Shown here: positions 35,226 through 47,970 of the stretch, piece by piece | Numbering within the stretch: the first letter of the stretch is position 1 | Layout: each line of letters starts with the position of its first letter | DNA from: Lama guanicoe | Taxonomy: Eukaryota | Direction of reading: 5' to 3' | DNA: 64,000 nt | Assembly: GCA_013239625.1 (NCBI GenBank) | Contig: MU053881.1 | Span: 8,021,957 to 8,085,956, forward strand | Position numbers and translations under genes: made by a program | The notes under the pieces: generated by a model | The model's input: the letters and a program-made list of their open reading frames with translations, nothing else | The model's database searches: none | Told to the model about the DNA's origin: nothing

Positions 35226-38200
35226 CTGTATCTGCAGAATATTTTTAAGAAAAAAAAAAATGAAACGGGCACAAATGAAAGCCAGAGAGTTCTTTGAGCC
35301 AGACAAAAAGTCGAGCTCTGTCATCTGTGTGTAACCTTGAAAGCATCACTGGGGTTGTGACGGCTCCCTTTCTGAAGAGCTTCAGGCAGAATCCTCCCCC
35401 GTCCCGGCCCCGATGCCGCACTGCCGCGCTGGTGCTCAGGGAGGCTGTCGCCGTGCCACAGGTCCATCCACCATCCAGACCGCTGAGGGCTGAGTTCTTC
35501 CACCTGATCATAATTAATGGCAAGTGCAAGGGAGCTGTTGGAAACATAAATCGGGTTCACAGACCTCTTATAAAATATCTTCTAAAAACCCTCATCTCAG
35601 CGCAGCCGTTGACAACATGGCTGGGGCCTCAGTGACAACTGATGTACGAACTTCCTTTACCAAAGTATTACTAGCCCCAGGGACCCTTTAAATTTCATTT
35701 TCTTTTTCTTTTGCCCAAGTCAGAACATCGGGCAGAAATGCATATACATGTAAGATGAATGCAGTGCACAGGTGAGACCTCTCCTGCTATGAGTCTCTCC
35801 ACACCTTGAATTTTGGATTCTCAAGCCATTTATAAATGCAGCTTCATTTTTCTTCCCTGTCATTACCTGATTTCATCTGAAAATCTCAGCATGTGGTTCT
35901 CTTTTCCCTTAATTCATTAGATTTGGCATTGCTGTTTATTATATCAACGTGACATCTGTCTCATACAACATCTTTGAAGCACCAGGATATTTGAGAAAAA
36001 AAAAATGAGGGCTTAACTCTTCAGGACTAACTGGAGACTGTTTAAATTTATAGAAGTGACCTTTGTAGATCTTCCTCCGGATAGAAATATATTTGTAACC
36101 AAAATGATAATCCGTATTTCCTCATTCCTCAGCTGAGATGAATGGAAAGAGACTTGGGGGAAAGCTGGGCCATTTATTCACAGATTGTTTAAAGTCAGAG
36201 TTAGTCTGTCTTGGGAGAGAAGATTGTATTAGCTTGATAAAGCTAACTCTTGCAGCCGGGGGATAAAAGAATTACACAACAGTGCTGCAAAGGTTTCCTT
36301 GGCTTCTCCAAAGAGGAATTAGATTTGAATACACCAAAACCTTCCATATTGGAGGATGTGCTTCCAGAGATAATATGGACATAAAAGCAATACCGATTTT
36401 TTTTTTTTGATGGGAAACAGGAGACATTACAACAGACTTCAGGATTTAGAGAAAAGGCTGGCAGGGAGCCACAAGGGCATGGTGGAAGGGCGAGCTCGGC
36501 CATCTTTCTTCAATACAGACAGAATCTTATAAAAAAAAAAGAAAGAAAAGAAAAGAAAGAAATCATCGTTACTGTCTGCAGCCCGGTGTGCCTTGTTTGG
36601 AGTTCTGGCCGGGATTCCTCGGCGTGGAGGATCAATAAAAAACAAAGATGGGGCTTTGATGGTGATTTATGTCAGGAGCCCGGTTCTTCCCTCTCCTGTA
36701 GTGCCACACACAGATTCGGCAGTAGGCAAGGAAACTGGTGTGTCCAGCCAAGACACAGCATCCCACGGAGCTGGGCAAGCCGGGATTCAGAGCTGCTAAA
36801 ACCTGGCTGATAAGTCTCGTGGTGTGGTAACACTACGACTCAGCTAGGAGCTACTGTTGACTCTGGCCCTGGAACCCAAGCTCGCTACACAACTGACCTT
36901 AGATAAGGTGTTGGTTTCAGGTCCTTTTAGAGCCTCTCAGGCCCTCAGCTTGACGATTACTATGCAGTGATGTTCGTGGCTGTCTATTCCCAGTTACTCA
37001 TCATCCCACCGGAGAGACAGAAAAACTCCTCTTTAGCGATCCCTTCATTTATTTCTGTCTCCTTTGTGCCTCTGAAGCTGAACGTATTAGTCATGTTGTA
37101 CAAGGATTGCAGGGTTGTTCCCAGCTGCTCAGAAGGAGAAGGGGGAGAAATGACAGGCAGAGAAGCCGCCATCAATAATACAAAGCACTTCGTATTATTT
37201 TGGTGTTGTCAGCAATCTAGCCAGACCCAGTCGCTCTCCTGTAGGAGGCTTCCCCGGGGGAGCTGAGACAAGAAGTCCCTGGAGAAAGAGAGTTTGGGCG
37301 GCCAGGGTTTAGGGGAGTGGGTGGCAGGGGGATAGGAAAGAAAAAAAAAGGAAAAAGAAAACTCTGTTAAGACTGAGAAATACATTATCTCTAAAATCGG
37401 CAGTCCCTTTTGGTGAGTTAAGTGGAAGCAAGTTATGATCTAAATCAATAGAATTGATAGTGTTTTCATCTTGAAAGGTTAACTGTATTTTTGACACTCC
37501 CCTATCTCCCAAGCAACTTGGCTTTTAAGAAAAATGAAAATAAAATCCTCTGGGCAAGGAGCCTCGGATACACTTAATTTAGGGCTGGTATTTATGAGTG
37601 GTCATTGACCTTGAAATTCCATTAGCACTAATGAAGGACAGTGCTGGATGCGTCCTGCCTGGAGTCCGGGAAGTGGCACGCGGGGTGCCCGGAGGGCCCC
37701 CCTCTCTGGCTCCACACTCCGCTGGGACCTGGCTCCCAGGGCTGCCGCCTCAGCCGCAGCTCTGTCACGCAGAGCTCAGCCGACAGCCTCCCCTGGCTGT
37801 GCGTTTTCCAGGTTTTCCCTGCAGAGGAGAGGAGAGAAACCCTGTTCAGGTGAGAGTCTGTTGCTCGCTGTATATGCTCTTTCTTGACCAGCGCAACAGA
37901 GTCCCAAGGCACATAGGCAACTGGCATCCTAAAATTTCCCATCTGGAAGAGACCTAAGTGACCACTTGAACTGAGATTTCCCCATGATACCCATCGCCTG
38001 GATTTAACAGTTGTGAATATTTTTATTTTGCCCAAGTATTTTAAAGTAAATTATAGACATCGTGACACTTTGACATCTTTCAGTACACTTTGCTTAAAAA
38101 GTAAAAATGTGTTCTTACAAAATTACACTGTTACCACACGTAACAAAGTGAATAATAGTTTCTTAGTATCATCTGATATCTAGTCCATATCCCAAGTCTC

Positions 38201-38312
38201 GCAACTGTCCCCCAAAATATGTTTCAAAACCTGGCTTGTTCAAACTACAGTCCAAACACAGCTCATGTATCACAGCCCATGTATTTAGTCATTGTTCCAC
38301 TTCAATCTGGAA

Positions 38313-38685
38313 CTGTGCTCTTCACTGTAATAGGCTCTGGCCACGTGTGGCCGAAGAGCTGTTGAAATGTAGCTGGTCCAAATTCAGATATATGGTAAGT
38401 GTGAACTGCACACTGGATTTCAAAGACAGTACCAGGAAAAGAATGTAAAATATCTCATCAACAATTTTATTTTGATTGTATGTTGAAATTATAGTATTTA
38501 GGTCATCTTGGGTGTAATAAGACTTATTATGAAATATATTTATTTAAATTAATTAAATACATTAAATGTATTTTATTTAAATTTGTTATTAAATATATGG
38601 TACTTTTTAATGCAACTACTAGAAAATTAAAAATTGCATTTGTAGCTGGTGTTTGTGGCTTGTGTATTTCCATTGGATGGTGCTG
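38313..38685. mobile_element. MER33-like hAT-Charlie element
   Basis: ggccacgtgtggcc...ttgaaatgtagctggtccaaattcagat...cacactggatttcaaagac...aagaatgtaaaatatctcat...ttttaatgcaactactagaaaattaaaaatt...ttccattggatggtgctg. Confidence 0.8.
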
Positions 38686-38707
38686 GCCTAAAACATCCTC
38701 TGCTTTT

Positions 38708-38867
38708 TTTTTTTTTAATTGAAGTATAGTTGATTTACAGTGTTAGTTGTGTTAGTTCTGATGTACAGCGTAGTGATTAGTTATACATTTAGATATATAT
38801 TCTTTTTCATTATAGGCTATTACAAGATATTGAATACAGTTCCCTATGCTATACCTTGTTGCTTTAC
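38708..38867 (-). mobile_element. 5'-truncated artiodactyl-type L1 3' end
   Basis: T-run followed by aattgaagtatagttgatttacagtgttag...ggctattacaagatattgaatacagttccctatgctatac. Perfect TSD cctctgctttt (38697-38707 / 38868-38878), followed by aa. Confidence 0.9.
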
Positions 38868-39779
38868 CCTCTGCTTTTAATCTGAAAGAGTTTCCTTTTT
38901 ATTTTAATTTTCATGCCATTGACTTGTCGAAGAAACCAGATCCTGGAGCATGTCCTAGTTTCTGGATTTTCCTGCTGGCTTCTCCACGCTGGAGTTTAAG
39001 GTGTTCCTCCAGCCCCTGCATATTTCTAGCCACTGGTTAGTTAGGCTTGCTTGGATTCGGGTTTAAATGTTTTGACAAGAATGAATAACACTGTATCTCC
39101 GGATGCACCTAACGTGGTTTAACTGTTTTCATGCTGAGCCTGATCAGTGGGTTCAAGTGGTTACAACTGATCCCTCTTTTGTAAAGTTCTTTTTCTGCCC
39201 TCACTATCAGCCACAGTTTGTGACTAATAACTTGGCACCCTGAGTCAACCTTTAGCTGTTTAATAATTTTAGCACTCATTGATGACTGTTGCCCGAATCA
39301 GTTAGTTACCTAACTGGAAACTGCAAAAGGATTCTTTTCCCCCTACATTCTACTTACATCTATGTATATGTAAACCTGGGCTGTTTGGTTACCCTGAAAT
39401 ACAATTCCTATGGGAGAAACCAGATAAATGATTCTTTAACTACAGTTTTCAGAATAGAGTTATATAGTAGTGAGAAATGCTTTTTTTTTTTTAACTTTCT
39501 CTTTGGAATACATTTGTGAACTCATGGATTTTTTTATATTAAATATCAAATAGAATGTTTTAAGTTTTTAAATCAGTTTCTAGCATTTAAAAATCTACAA
39601 AAAGAGATCAAAAATGTTGCATAAAATCTGTAGTTTGAAATCCCTATGGGACCCTGGGGAGGTGGGTGGTGTCCAGAGACCGTGGGCTCATACGTCTATC
39701 CCCAGGGTCCTCTGACGTGGAGTTTGACTGAGTGTTTGGACAGACATGTGCTCCTCTGCTGGTAACCATCCCCACCCAG

Positions 39780-39960
39780 CCAGTCAGTTCAGTTCTCTGC
39801 CTCATCCCCGTATTTGAGTTTGTGAGCTCAATTCCACCGCATGTCACAAGTAAGGAAATTAAAGTACAGAGAGGAGAAGGGACTGGCCCAGGATGAAATA
39901 GCAAAGTGAGGGCAGAGTTGGGACTTGAAGCCCAGTCTCCTCCCTCCCAGGAGGACCACT
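39780..39960 (-). mobile_element. MIR SINE fragment
   Basis: taaggaaattaaagtacagagagg...gactggcccagg...ggcagagttgggacttgaagcccagtctcct. Confidence 0.75.
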
Positions 39961-40199
39961 GTGCTCGTCCTCAGTTGCCAAGAGGCTATTCCCGGAAAGT
40001 CTTAAGTAACAGGACAGCAGCTAGTGGAAGGCGCCCATTCCGTATGGACACTGCATTTCCTGCACACAGCTGACAGCTTCATACTCCTGCCCCTGGCTCT
40101 CTGACCATGATTAAATTTCCCCCAAACTCCGGCAGTAGCTCTAGTTCAGGGCCCTCCTTGGGGACTGTGACCTACAGAGTCAATGTGAACTACTCAAAA

Positions 40200-40765
40200 T
40201 AAATAGGATTAGTGCAACCTCTTTGGAGACCCCCTTGGGCAATATTCATCAAAACTTTAAGTGCCTCGACCCTTTTAGACCCAGCAGTTGCACTGCTGGG
40301 AATTTTTCTAACAGACAGATTCACAAAGTATTCCAAGATATATGTATCTTGAAGTCCATTGTCCCCCACAGAACATTGGAACCATTCCTCAATAAGGGAC
40401 CAGTAAATGGTTTACAGCACATCCATATACAAAGGAATTAGTATGTGGTCATTTAAAAGAGTTAGCTGGAGCAGATATGGGAAAGGTACAGTTAATTTTA
40501 AAAGAGGTACTGTTAAGTTAAAAAAGAAAAATGATAAACAGTGTGCATATTATTGTCTTATTTGTGCCTACTTTAAATAATAGGTATAAATGCTGGCATG
40601 TATAAACATTTTCAAGAAAGATACACAAGAAAATGTCAAGACCTTATAGAGGAAGAGACGAGCAGGCAGAGGGAAAAAAAAAGATACTGGCTTTACTTTT
40701 TATTTTATATCTTTATTTTTAAAATCGTGAACATGTATTCATTTGTTAAATATTAAATTTATAAA
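40200..40765 (+). mobile_element. Old L1M (L1ME-like) 3' fragment
   Basis: ttgggcaatattcatcaaaactttaag...ccttttagacccagcagttgcactgctgggaattttt...caataagggaccagtaaatgg...aagatacacaagaaaatg. Confidence 0.7.
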
Positions 40766-41529
40766 CAAATTTGAGTGTTCCAATAGAGCAGTTGGATTAG
40801 GGGAAAACTAATGGTGCAGTTTTTAAAATCTAGTCTTTCAGTCACTGAACAAGTGGGCGATGGTGCTTCTCAGAGCAGCAGCAACCAGATGTGATGCTGT
40901 GCATATGTACCGAGCTCCCGAGGTGCTAGGCACTGAGCAGGGTGCATCTAGGGAGGGACAGGCAAGTGGTAAGGAGCTCGCTGCCAAATTAGGCAGAAAA
41001 GACCAATGGACCTCAGATGACTTCTGACAATAGCAGCCGGTCTGGAATTAAATGCTGATCTTGGCTCCCAGGCTCTCGGTGCTTCAGCCTACAGAAGAGA
41101 ATTTCCCACAGGGAGGCCGACGGGGGGGGGGGGGGGGAGATGCATCCAGGCGGGGTGGGGACAAGGAGGAAGGAGAGCAGTTTGGGGAGAGGATGGGCAG
41201 GACCAGGGACAAGGAGAGGGGAGAAGATGGGCAGGACCAGAGTGGTGGAACTGAGGGCGAGTGTAAGGGAGCCATGCAGAAAGTTCGAAGGCTTTGGTTT
41301 GGCAGGGTGTGGGTTTACAGCCCAACTTGGCTACTGGTTGAGGACCCACAGGGACATACATGCATCCTAGGCCCTTCATTTGTAAAATGTGTGAAATACA
41401 CTGTAGTGGCGTTGTAGGAATTAAAGGGTATAATGTACATTCGGTGATCAGTCTGTAGGGAACACACCCAGAGCCTCCTTCCCTGGGGATGTACGGGAAG
41501 AGAGAGAAATCCAAAGAGAGGAAGGGCAG

Positions 41530-41790
41530 AGGCAGCAGGTGGTAACGAGAGCTGACTACGAAGTCAGGCGGTCTGGCTCCAGTGCTGCACTCTCCCACTT
41601 CCTAGCTGTGTGACCCGAAGCTCCCCTGACCTCTTGGTGTCTTGATTTTCTTGTCTGTTAAATGGGGAGAAGGTGAAAAAGATTGGTGCATATACTAAAT
41701 GTGTGAATGAAAATCAGTTCAAAAAACTGACCCAGCACAGCCAGCATCATGCAGTCTAGGTATGAGGCAGTTTTAAAACGTTATTATATC
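41530..41790 (+). mobile_element. MIR SINE
   Basis: gaagtcagg...ctcccacttcctagctgtgtgacc...tcttgtctgttaaatgggga. Confidence 0.7.
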
Positions 41791-44700
41791 GAATCCTCTC
41801 CAAGACTCTCTCTGAGACAAGAGAGTTAAGACACAGTAAGGAAAAGCTTTCTCTAAAAGGTGATGGTGCTCAAATTCGGACCTGAATCTGCTATTCTCTG
41901 CGCTGCTGGCTTTCCCCACCATACCTCCCATCAAATATGCCGCCTTTATTCTGAAATCAGGGGCTGGAATTCTTTAGAAAGGAAGCCAGAGGATGGTCAA
42001 ATGACGGCCACTCCTTATTGCTAGAATGCACATAGACATTTTCATGATGCTAACAAGAACTTAACGTGTGGTGAGACTGTTCTAGAAAACTGTAAGTAAG
42101 CCATGCATTTAATTTAGATTTTGCAAAACCCCATTTTTAATCAGAGGCTCTTCATTAAATGCATACGCACTGGGAGCTAATGATAAGTGATGGAAAATAA
42201 GTTTAAATCCGCAATGCAGCTGTTCTCCCACGTGCATGAGTTACACGAGCATTTGGGGACGGTAGAGAAAAGGGGGAAACCAGTAGGCTAGCTACTACAG
42301 CTCAGACACCCCATAAATTATTCAGAACCGTGCTCTGCGGTCTGACGTACATGTTATCTGTTACATAATCATTATTCTTCACAAGTGTTTTTAATAATCA
42401 TTTGGTATTTAATTAACGTGCATTATTTGTCTTGGGAAGTCAGGCTGGTTTGAGAATTAGGGCTGAAGAGAGGAGGCTGGCTTTCATCAAACCGGTGGAG
42501 AAGCTGTTTGATTTTAAACACCGCTTTTTCTGCTTTTGCTCTTGTACCCGGTGCAAAATATCAGGCTGCGCTCTCCGTTTCCCCGCAGCCTAGGAGTTTT
42601 TGTCGGTGTTTTCTTTACAAAAGAAGGGTGAGGTGTGTGACTTCTCTCACAGTCCCATAGGCAGGGCTCCAGAAGCCCTTCTTAAGGATACAAAGCATAA
42701 GCTGTGTTTCGAAAGAGGTCATTTTGATCAGGTTTATAAAGACCAACTTGTTACCACCGTCTAACTTTGCAAGCGTCGTGTGATGGTTTAATTCATCCGT
42801 GAAGCGTGGCCAGATATGTCTGTGTGTGTGTAAATGTGTCAACGTACGAATGTGCATAGGTGATGATAGAAACGTGTATGTGTGTCTTTATGGGTAAAAT
42901 ATTTCCTTAAACAAACCGGAGGATGCGAATGGAATGGAACTTCCGCTTATTTAGATATTTCAGTCTGGAGGTTGATTTTTCTATGACAGCAGAGAGCAAG
43001 TTACAGTGGACCTTTAGTCTCATTACCATGTAAGTAAACAGACTTCTGCATAACCAGACTGAACCAGCCAAAGAACTCAGTCCCCTAATGTGATCCGCTA
43101 TCAAGGGGCGAAAACAATTATTCTAAGAAGCTTGTTTGCAGTCCAGATGGTTTGGTTCTGCACAGAATCATTTGATGGCGTTCTCTCAGCTTTGAAACTG
43201 CGTACCTATCTGCCCATGTTTAACAAGAAAGGGAATGCTGCACGTTTGTAACAAATCAGGTTAATGGGTTTAAAGCAAATCCTGCAAAGGGGAAGGCGGG
43301 ATTTCTTTGGGGAAAGACTGGAAAGAAAGTACACCAAGTTGAGGTAGTCCCTTCAAACGTGCTCAAAGCCAGACCAGAAACACGCTCTGATGCCAGGAGG
43401 AGCTGAGTTAGGAGAATCACCCCAGTGGAGGGGCAGGCAGGAGGCATGGCTTTGTTCTCTGTGTCTCTTGCTGTTTACAGCGCGTAAATAAATCTTCAGG
43501 GCATATTCTCAAAACTCTAGGCGGGGGATTACAACTCAAATATGCCTTCAAGTGAAGTCATTGAGGAAAGTGGGCAGGCATAATAAAATTATTTCTCTAC
43601 GATCAGAAAAGCAGCAATGCAAGCCCAGTGACAAATGGCAGTGGGCACAGGGACCTCAAGGTTAGGAGGCAACGGGGAGTTCTGAGGAGGATGCTGAACT
43701 CGAAAGAAAAATTGCCTGCCCCTCCCGCAGAGGACAGCTGCCACCGAGCTCCGTGCCGTGGGAGAGAGGACCAAAACGGATGGACATCAGAGGTTTCCAG
43801 AGTAGCCCCAAACCCAGATGTTTACGTACATTTCCCAATTTTTAAATGTTGGCTGAGATTTTTTTTTTGTTTTTGTTTTCTTTAAAGGACGTGCCAGCCA
43901 AATTAAACACCAGTTTGCAACATCTGCTACAGGCAGAGGGAGAAGTCCACAAGAAGTAAAACTGTGCCCTAAATATCGGTCCTCTGTGTGAGGACAGCTC
44001 AGGGAGGGACCCTTGCTGCCTTAGGTGCTTTTTATTCACGTACACACGTGGCCATGATGGATGCGTGGCTGGAGGACAGGCGTCGTCTGTGTGTATGATA
44101 TGGGTTTGCATAGAAAAGCCCTTGAGTGTGTTGGGAGAAAAGGCAAGAAGACGGGGTGAGTACCCTGACGTGGTTTCCACGTCACCTTCATATATGTGAG
44201 GGAGGTTGAAAGCTAGGGGTTAGGGGCGTGTCACTAGCATTGTTGGGGAGCCCCTGGCACAGAAATGACCGCAACTTCTCTGTAAGTCTTAGATCCGGAA
44301 GCATTTTTATTTGAAGTAGAGGCTGAAAGCATTTATCATTCTTAATCTATGATACAGGATAATCGCAGTTAGAAAAATTGCAGTGACTTCGTATCTGGTC
44401 TGCTGTTTTATACTGCTCTGGGACAAGGAAGATCTGTATTAAGCCATGTTTGCTGGTCTTCAGAATTCCTGTATGTGTGTGTGTGTGTGTCCCCACGTGT
44501 CCTTGCCGTGTTTCCTTGCAGTTTGTCACCCTGATGAGAGGTGTTCCAAAATCCCTGGTCCTAAGAGGAAGTCCCTGGAGCCGCCTTAGGAGCGCTCATC
44601 CGCCACACTCTGTCCCCTCTTGCTTCAGCGGTGCGGGCCGTGAAAGGTCTGGGGATGGGAGACGCTATTAATTCAGGCTCTTCGCCGTCTCTAGTCCTCC

Positions 44701-45140
44701 TCCCCAACTCATCCTTCTTGACATCAGGCTTCGTTCCCACAGAGTGACATCAGCTCTGCTGGAAACCTGCCCCCCGTGTCCGCAGACCAAGCCGTGCGCC
44801 GCGTACTCCTCAGGCAGGTTTGGGGAGAGAGCAGGCAAAGGTGTGAGAAGGTCAGGAGGACCGAGGGGACTCGTGGGGGTGACTGACAAGGTCACTGCCC
44901 CTTCCAGAACGTTTCCAAGGAGTATGACGCAGCCACTTAAAAAGATGAGTATACAAAATGCAGAATCACGGGAAAATGCTTCGTACAACATGGAATTATA
45001 TTGTATTTTAATCTGTTGCAAGATTGGCCATACATTTAAATAGTTCGAAATCTAAAAGATACAAAAGGGTGTGCGGTGAAAAGTGTCCTTTCCTCTCCCA
45101 CCTCATGCGTAGCCCCCCAGGTTGTGATGTGATGTTAAGT

Positions 45141-45605
45141 TGTTACGGAAACGACAGGCCAGCCAAGAAACAAGCACCACTCGGAGGGTTGGAGTACTCA
45201 GATGTATTACGCCGGCGGGCTCAGGGGGGCTTCTGCTCCGAAGCTCTGAGCACCTCCAAGACGTGCGCATGAGGTTTTATAGGGTAAAGTACAAGCTCGG
45301 GGTATTCGGCCAATAGGCAGGGAACAGCTTTAGCCGCATCGTTATCACAAAAGTGGAGGCAGGGAGGCAGCAAATCAACATTCCAAAGCCAGATATATAT
45401 CTTTGAAAATCCAGCTGGCTAGCAAAGCCACATGAACAGCAAACCAACACTAATTAACCTGGATTTACAAGTTAGTCTAGCAGAACTCAGATCAGTATTC
45501 CAATACCTAGATTTGTGAGTTATCCTGCCAGCCCAGCCCAGCCTCTCCTTCACATTTCTAGACTTGTGAGTTATCTTGTTAGACCAGCCCAGCTTTTCCT
45601 TCACA
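45141..45605 (-). mobile_element. ERV1-class solo LTR, 465 bp
   Basis: Termini tgtt...caca with a perfect 4-bp TSD aagt (45137-45140 / 45606-45609). In minus-strand order: CCAAT box (45310-45314), TATAAAA (45275-45281), AATACA polyA-like signal (45203-45208). Many CpGs are retained. Confidence 0.85.
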
Positions 45606-47769
45606 AAGTGAAAAAAGAAGCATATAAAGCTAAGCCTTCCTCGCCCCCCCTTTCTCTCCATATGTATATTTATTTACGTGTATGTCTCTATAAACACACT
45701 CACAGAGATGCACAGGAGAAAGACCGAAAGTAATAAGCGAATGTTCACAGCGGTCATTTCAAGTAGAAGGATTCTAGGTGATTGCTTCTACCTTCCTATG
45801 TTTTCCAAAATGTATTTATCCTGTGTATGTCGCTCTTAGAAAATAACACATGAAGTTCTCTATTATGAGCATAATACCATCATTAGAGTCACCGGAGCAG
45901 AAGTGGCCGTGACCAATCACCAAAGGGAAGAAAAGTCACTCATTTCCTCCCAGCCCAGAACTCAACAGCTGACGGTTACTTCGTCTTCGCAGGCTCCCTT
46001 CCTGGCCTCTTCTTTGCATCTGCACGATCATACTTTAATACGGTTGAACTGACTTACGTTTGCCTTCTGATTAACAAAAGGATATTTTTTCTATCACCTG
46101 GGTAACCGAAAAAGAACTTACGAAAGAGGGATGTTGCATCTACACGCAGACAGGTGTCGAAAGAAAGAAATAAGAAAGGTCTTCCAGCGGGGAGGCTGTA
46201 GATAAATTTACATCCTGGTAAAGCAGCCACACGGACGAGGAAGGACCACAGGCAGTTAGTTATGCCCCAATAATGTGCCTTTTCGTGTGAGGTCCGAGGG
46301 CCGGGACCACCTGCCTAGCTCACCCACAGCTGCGCTTCTCCAGAAGGCCTGGCATCAGCCACTTGGAGCACAGGGGCTAAAAAACTTGGTACGAACGTAT
46401 AAAAAAAATCCCTTACCTTGCTCCCAAGGACAGTAAAAAGGAGCTCTGGGAAGTGTGATCACGCCCTTTAATTTTAACTTCGAGTAACACGAGCAACCTG
46501 TGAATCCTTTACTATAAAAATCATTTAAAATACAGAAATATCAAGAGTTATAAAGTATCAAATAAGCGTTATAAAGTCTGTAATTTGGGGCATATATTGT
46601 TCTATTCCTCTATTTTCTTTATTGGAGAAAAAAAAATATGGCCAATTCCTCTTAACCCTCTTTCCCCAGTCCCACTCCTTCCGTGGAGGTAACCACTGGT
46701 AACGGTTTGGGATCTAGACAAAACTTTTCTGATACCCTTTTATCCAAATCCATAACCATGCACAGACACATCATGAATGCATGCTTTTTAAATTTTAATT
46801 AAACTTAAACTCTCAGGTTGGTGTTTTTTTTTTTTTAATCCCCTGGGCTCTAAATCTCACTTATTCTAAGCTCTTTACCAGAGCAATAATGTTTCCCACA
46901 TATGAATCACCAAATGCTAAATGTGCTCTTCTCAGCAAATGCAATTCATCTGAGACTAACTCCCAATAAATTGCCTGTGATGTTTCTTTACTGCCAGAGA
47001 CAATGGGCAACGCCAAGGCAGTGAAGGGTTGTACCAAACTGGTCATTCGTTTTAATGTGGCCTGGCAGTTTTAATCCTTTCTGTATTTTTAAGTGTAACA
47101 GCGTGGTATGGTGTGTTAAGGTATTTTTTTTTTCCATTCTTCTTTCCTATCTTGGACATTAAAATATACAGCGGTAAGATGGGGAAGAGAATACGATATT
47201 TTCCTGATGAGAAAACACACTGCTAACCCTGTTTTTGCAGATACTGAGGGATGTGGGGCAGTGATTAGGACTTGCTGATCATGAGGGTTGTGGGCACTCC
47301 AGCTGAGCCCCGATAGGACTCCTGTATTTCTTCAGCTCTCCCCCGTCTTCATGCTCTGCTTTCTTAACACTCAATACCGCAACCACGAGCTTACCCAGAA
47401 ACCAACTTCCACGCCCAAATTCATGCTACACGACGTGGGACGTCAGCCCAAGTCCCCTCAAAGGAGTTAAAGAATGCCTCTGCCACTTCTTTTGTACCCC
47501 CAGCACCTCCTTAATGCCAAAGCTCAAGCATTACCCCGATAAATGAAATACGGTGAAATAAAATACTGTTTAACTCCAGAATACTTGACAGTATTTAACC
47601 AGGAAGATACTGCCTTCTTTCCAAGGTCAAAAAGTCTGGACAGGATCTCTGCGCTTGTGGGTTCCTCAGTCTGCCCTTGTTTCTACCTGGATGATATCAG
47701 GGAGGGGGGAGGGGTGGAGGTCGGGGGCCACAGGATGGGTGTGATGAACGAGGCTCCTCCGAGTAAACG

Positions 47770-47970
47770 TTGTGTTTTTAGCAAGGGTGGGACAGGGTTC
47801 TGGAGTCAAGACAGACACAATCCTGGCTCCTGTTTGTTCTGTGCCCTTGAGCGAGCTGCCTGGTATTTGAACTGTGGTGACCTTCTGTGTAAAATCCCAG
47901 TAGTTGACCTGCCTTGTTACCGCTTTTGAAATTAAAGTGAGCACATAGTAGATGTTCATCCAATGTGCAC
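47770..47970 (+). mobile_element. MIR SINE fragment
   Basis: ttctggagtcaagacagacacaatcctggctcc...tgtgcccttgagcgag...tgtgtaaaat...gcacatagtagatgttca. Confidence 0.7.

Larger units (their letters stand above)
37985..39530 (-). mobile_element. Old L1M (L1MC-like) 3' region hosting MER33 and a younger L1
   Basis: tattttaaagtaaattatagacatcgtgacact...aatagtttcttagtatcatctgatatctagtccatat...ttttcatgccattgacttgtcgaagaaaccag...tttagcactcattgatgactgttgcccgaatcagtt. Confidence 0.7.

Noticed and set aside
45459..45605. Direct repeats as a CRISPR-like array
   Set aside because: There are only two to three adjacent, diverged units with no unique spacers, inside an LTR in mammalian DNA, and no cas genes.
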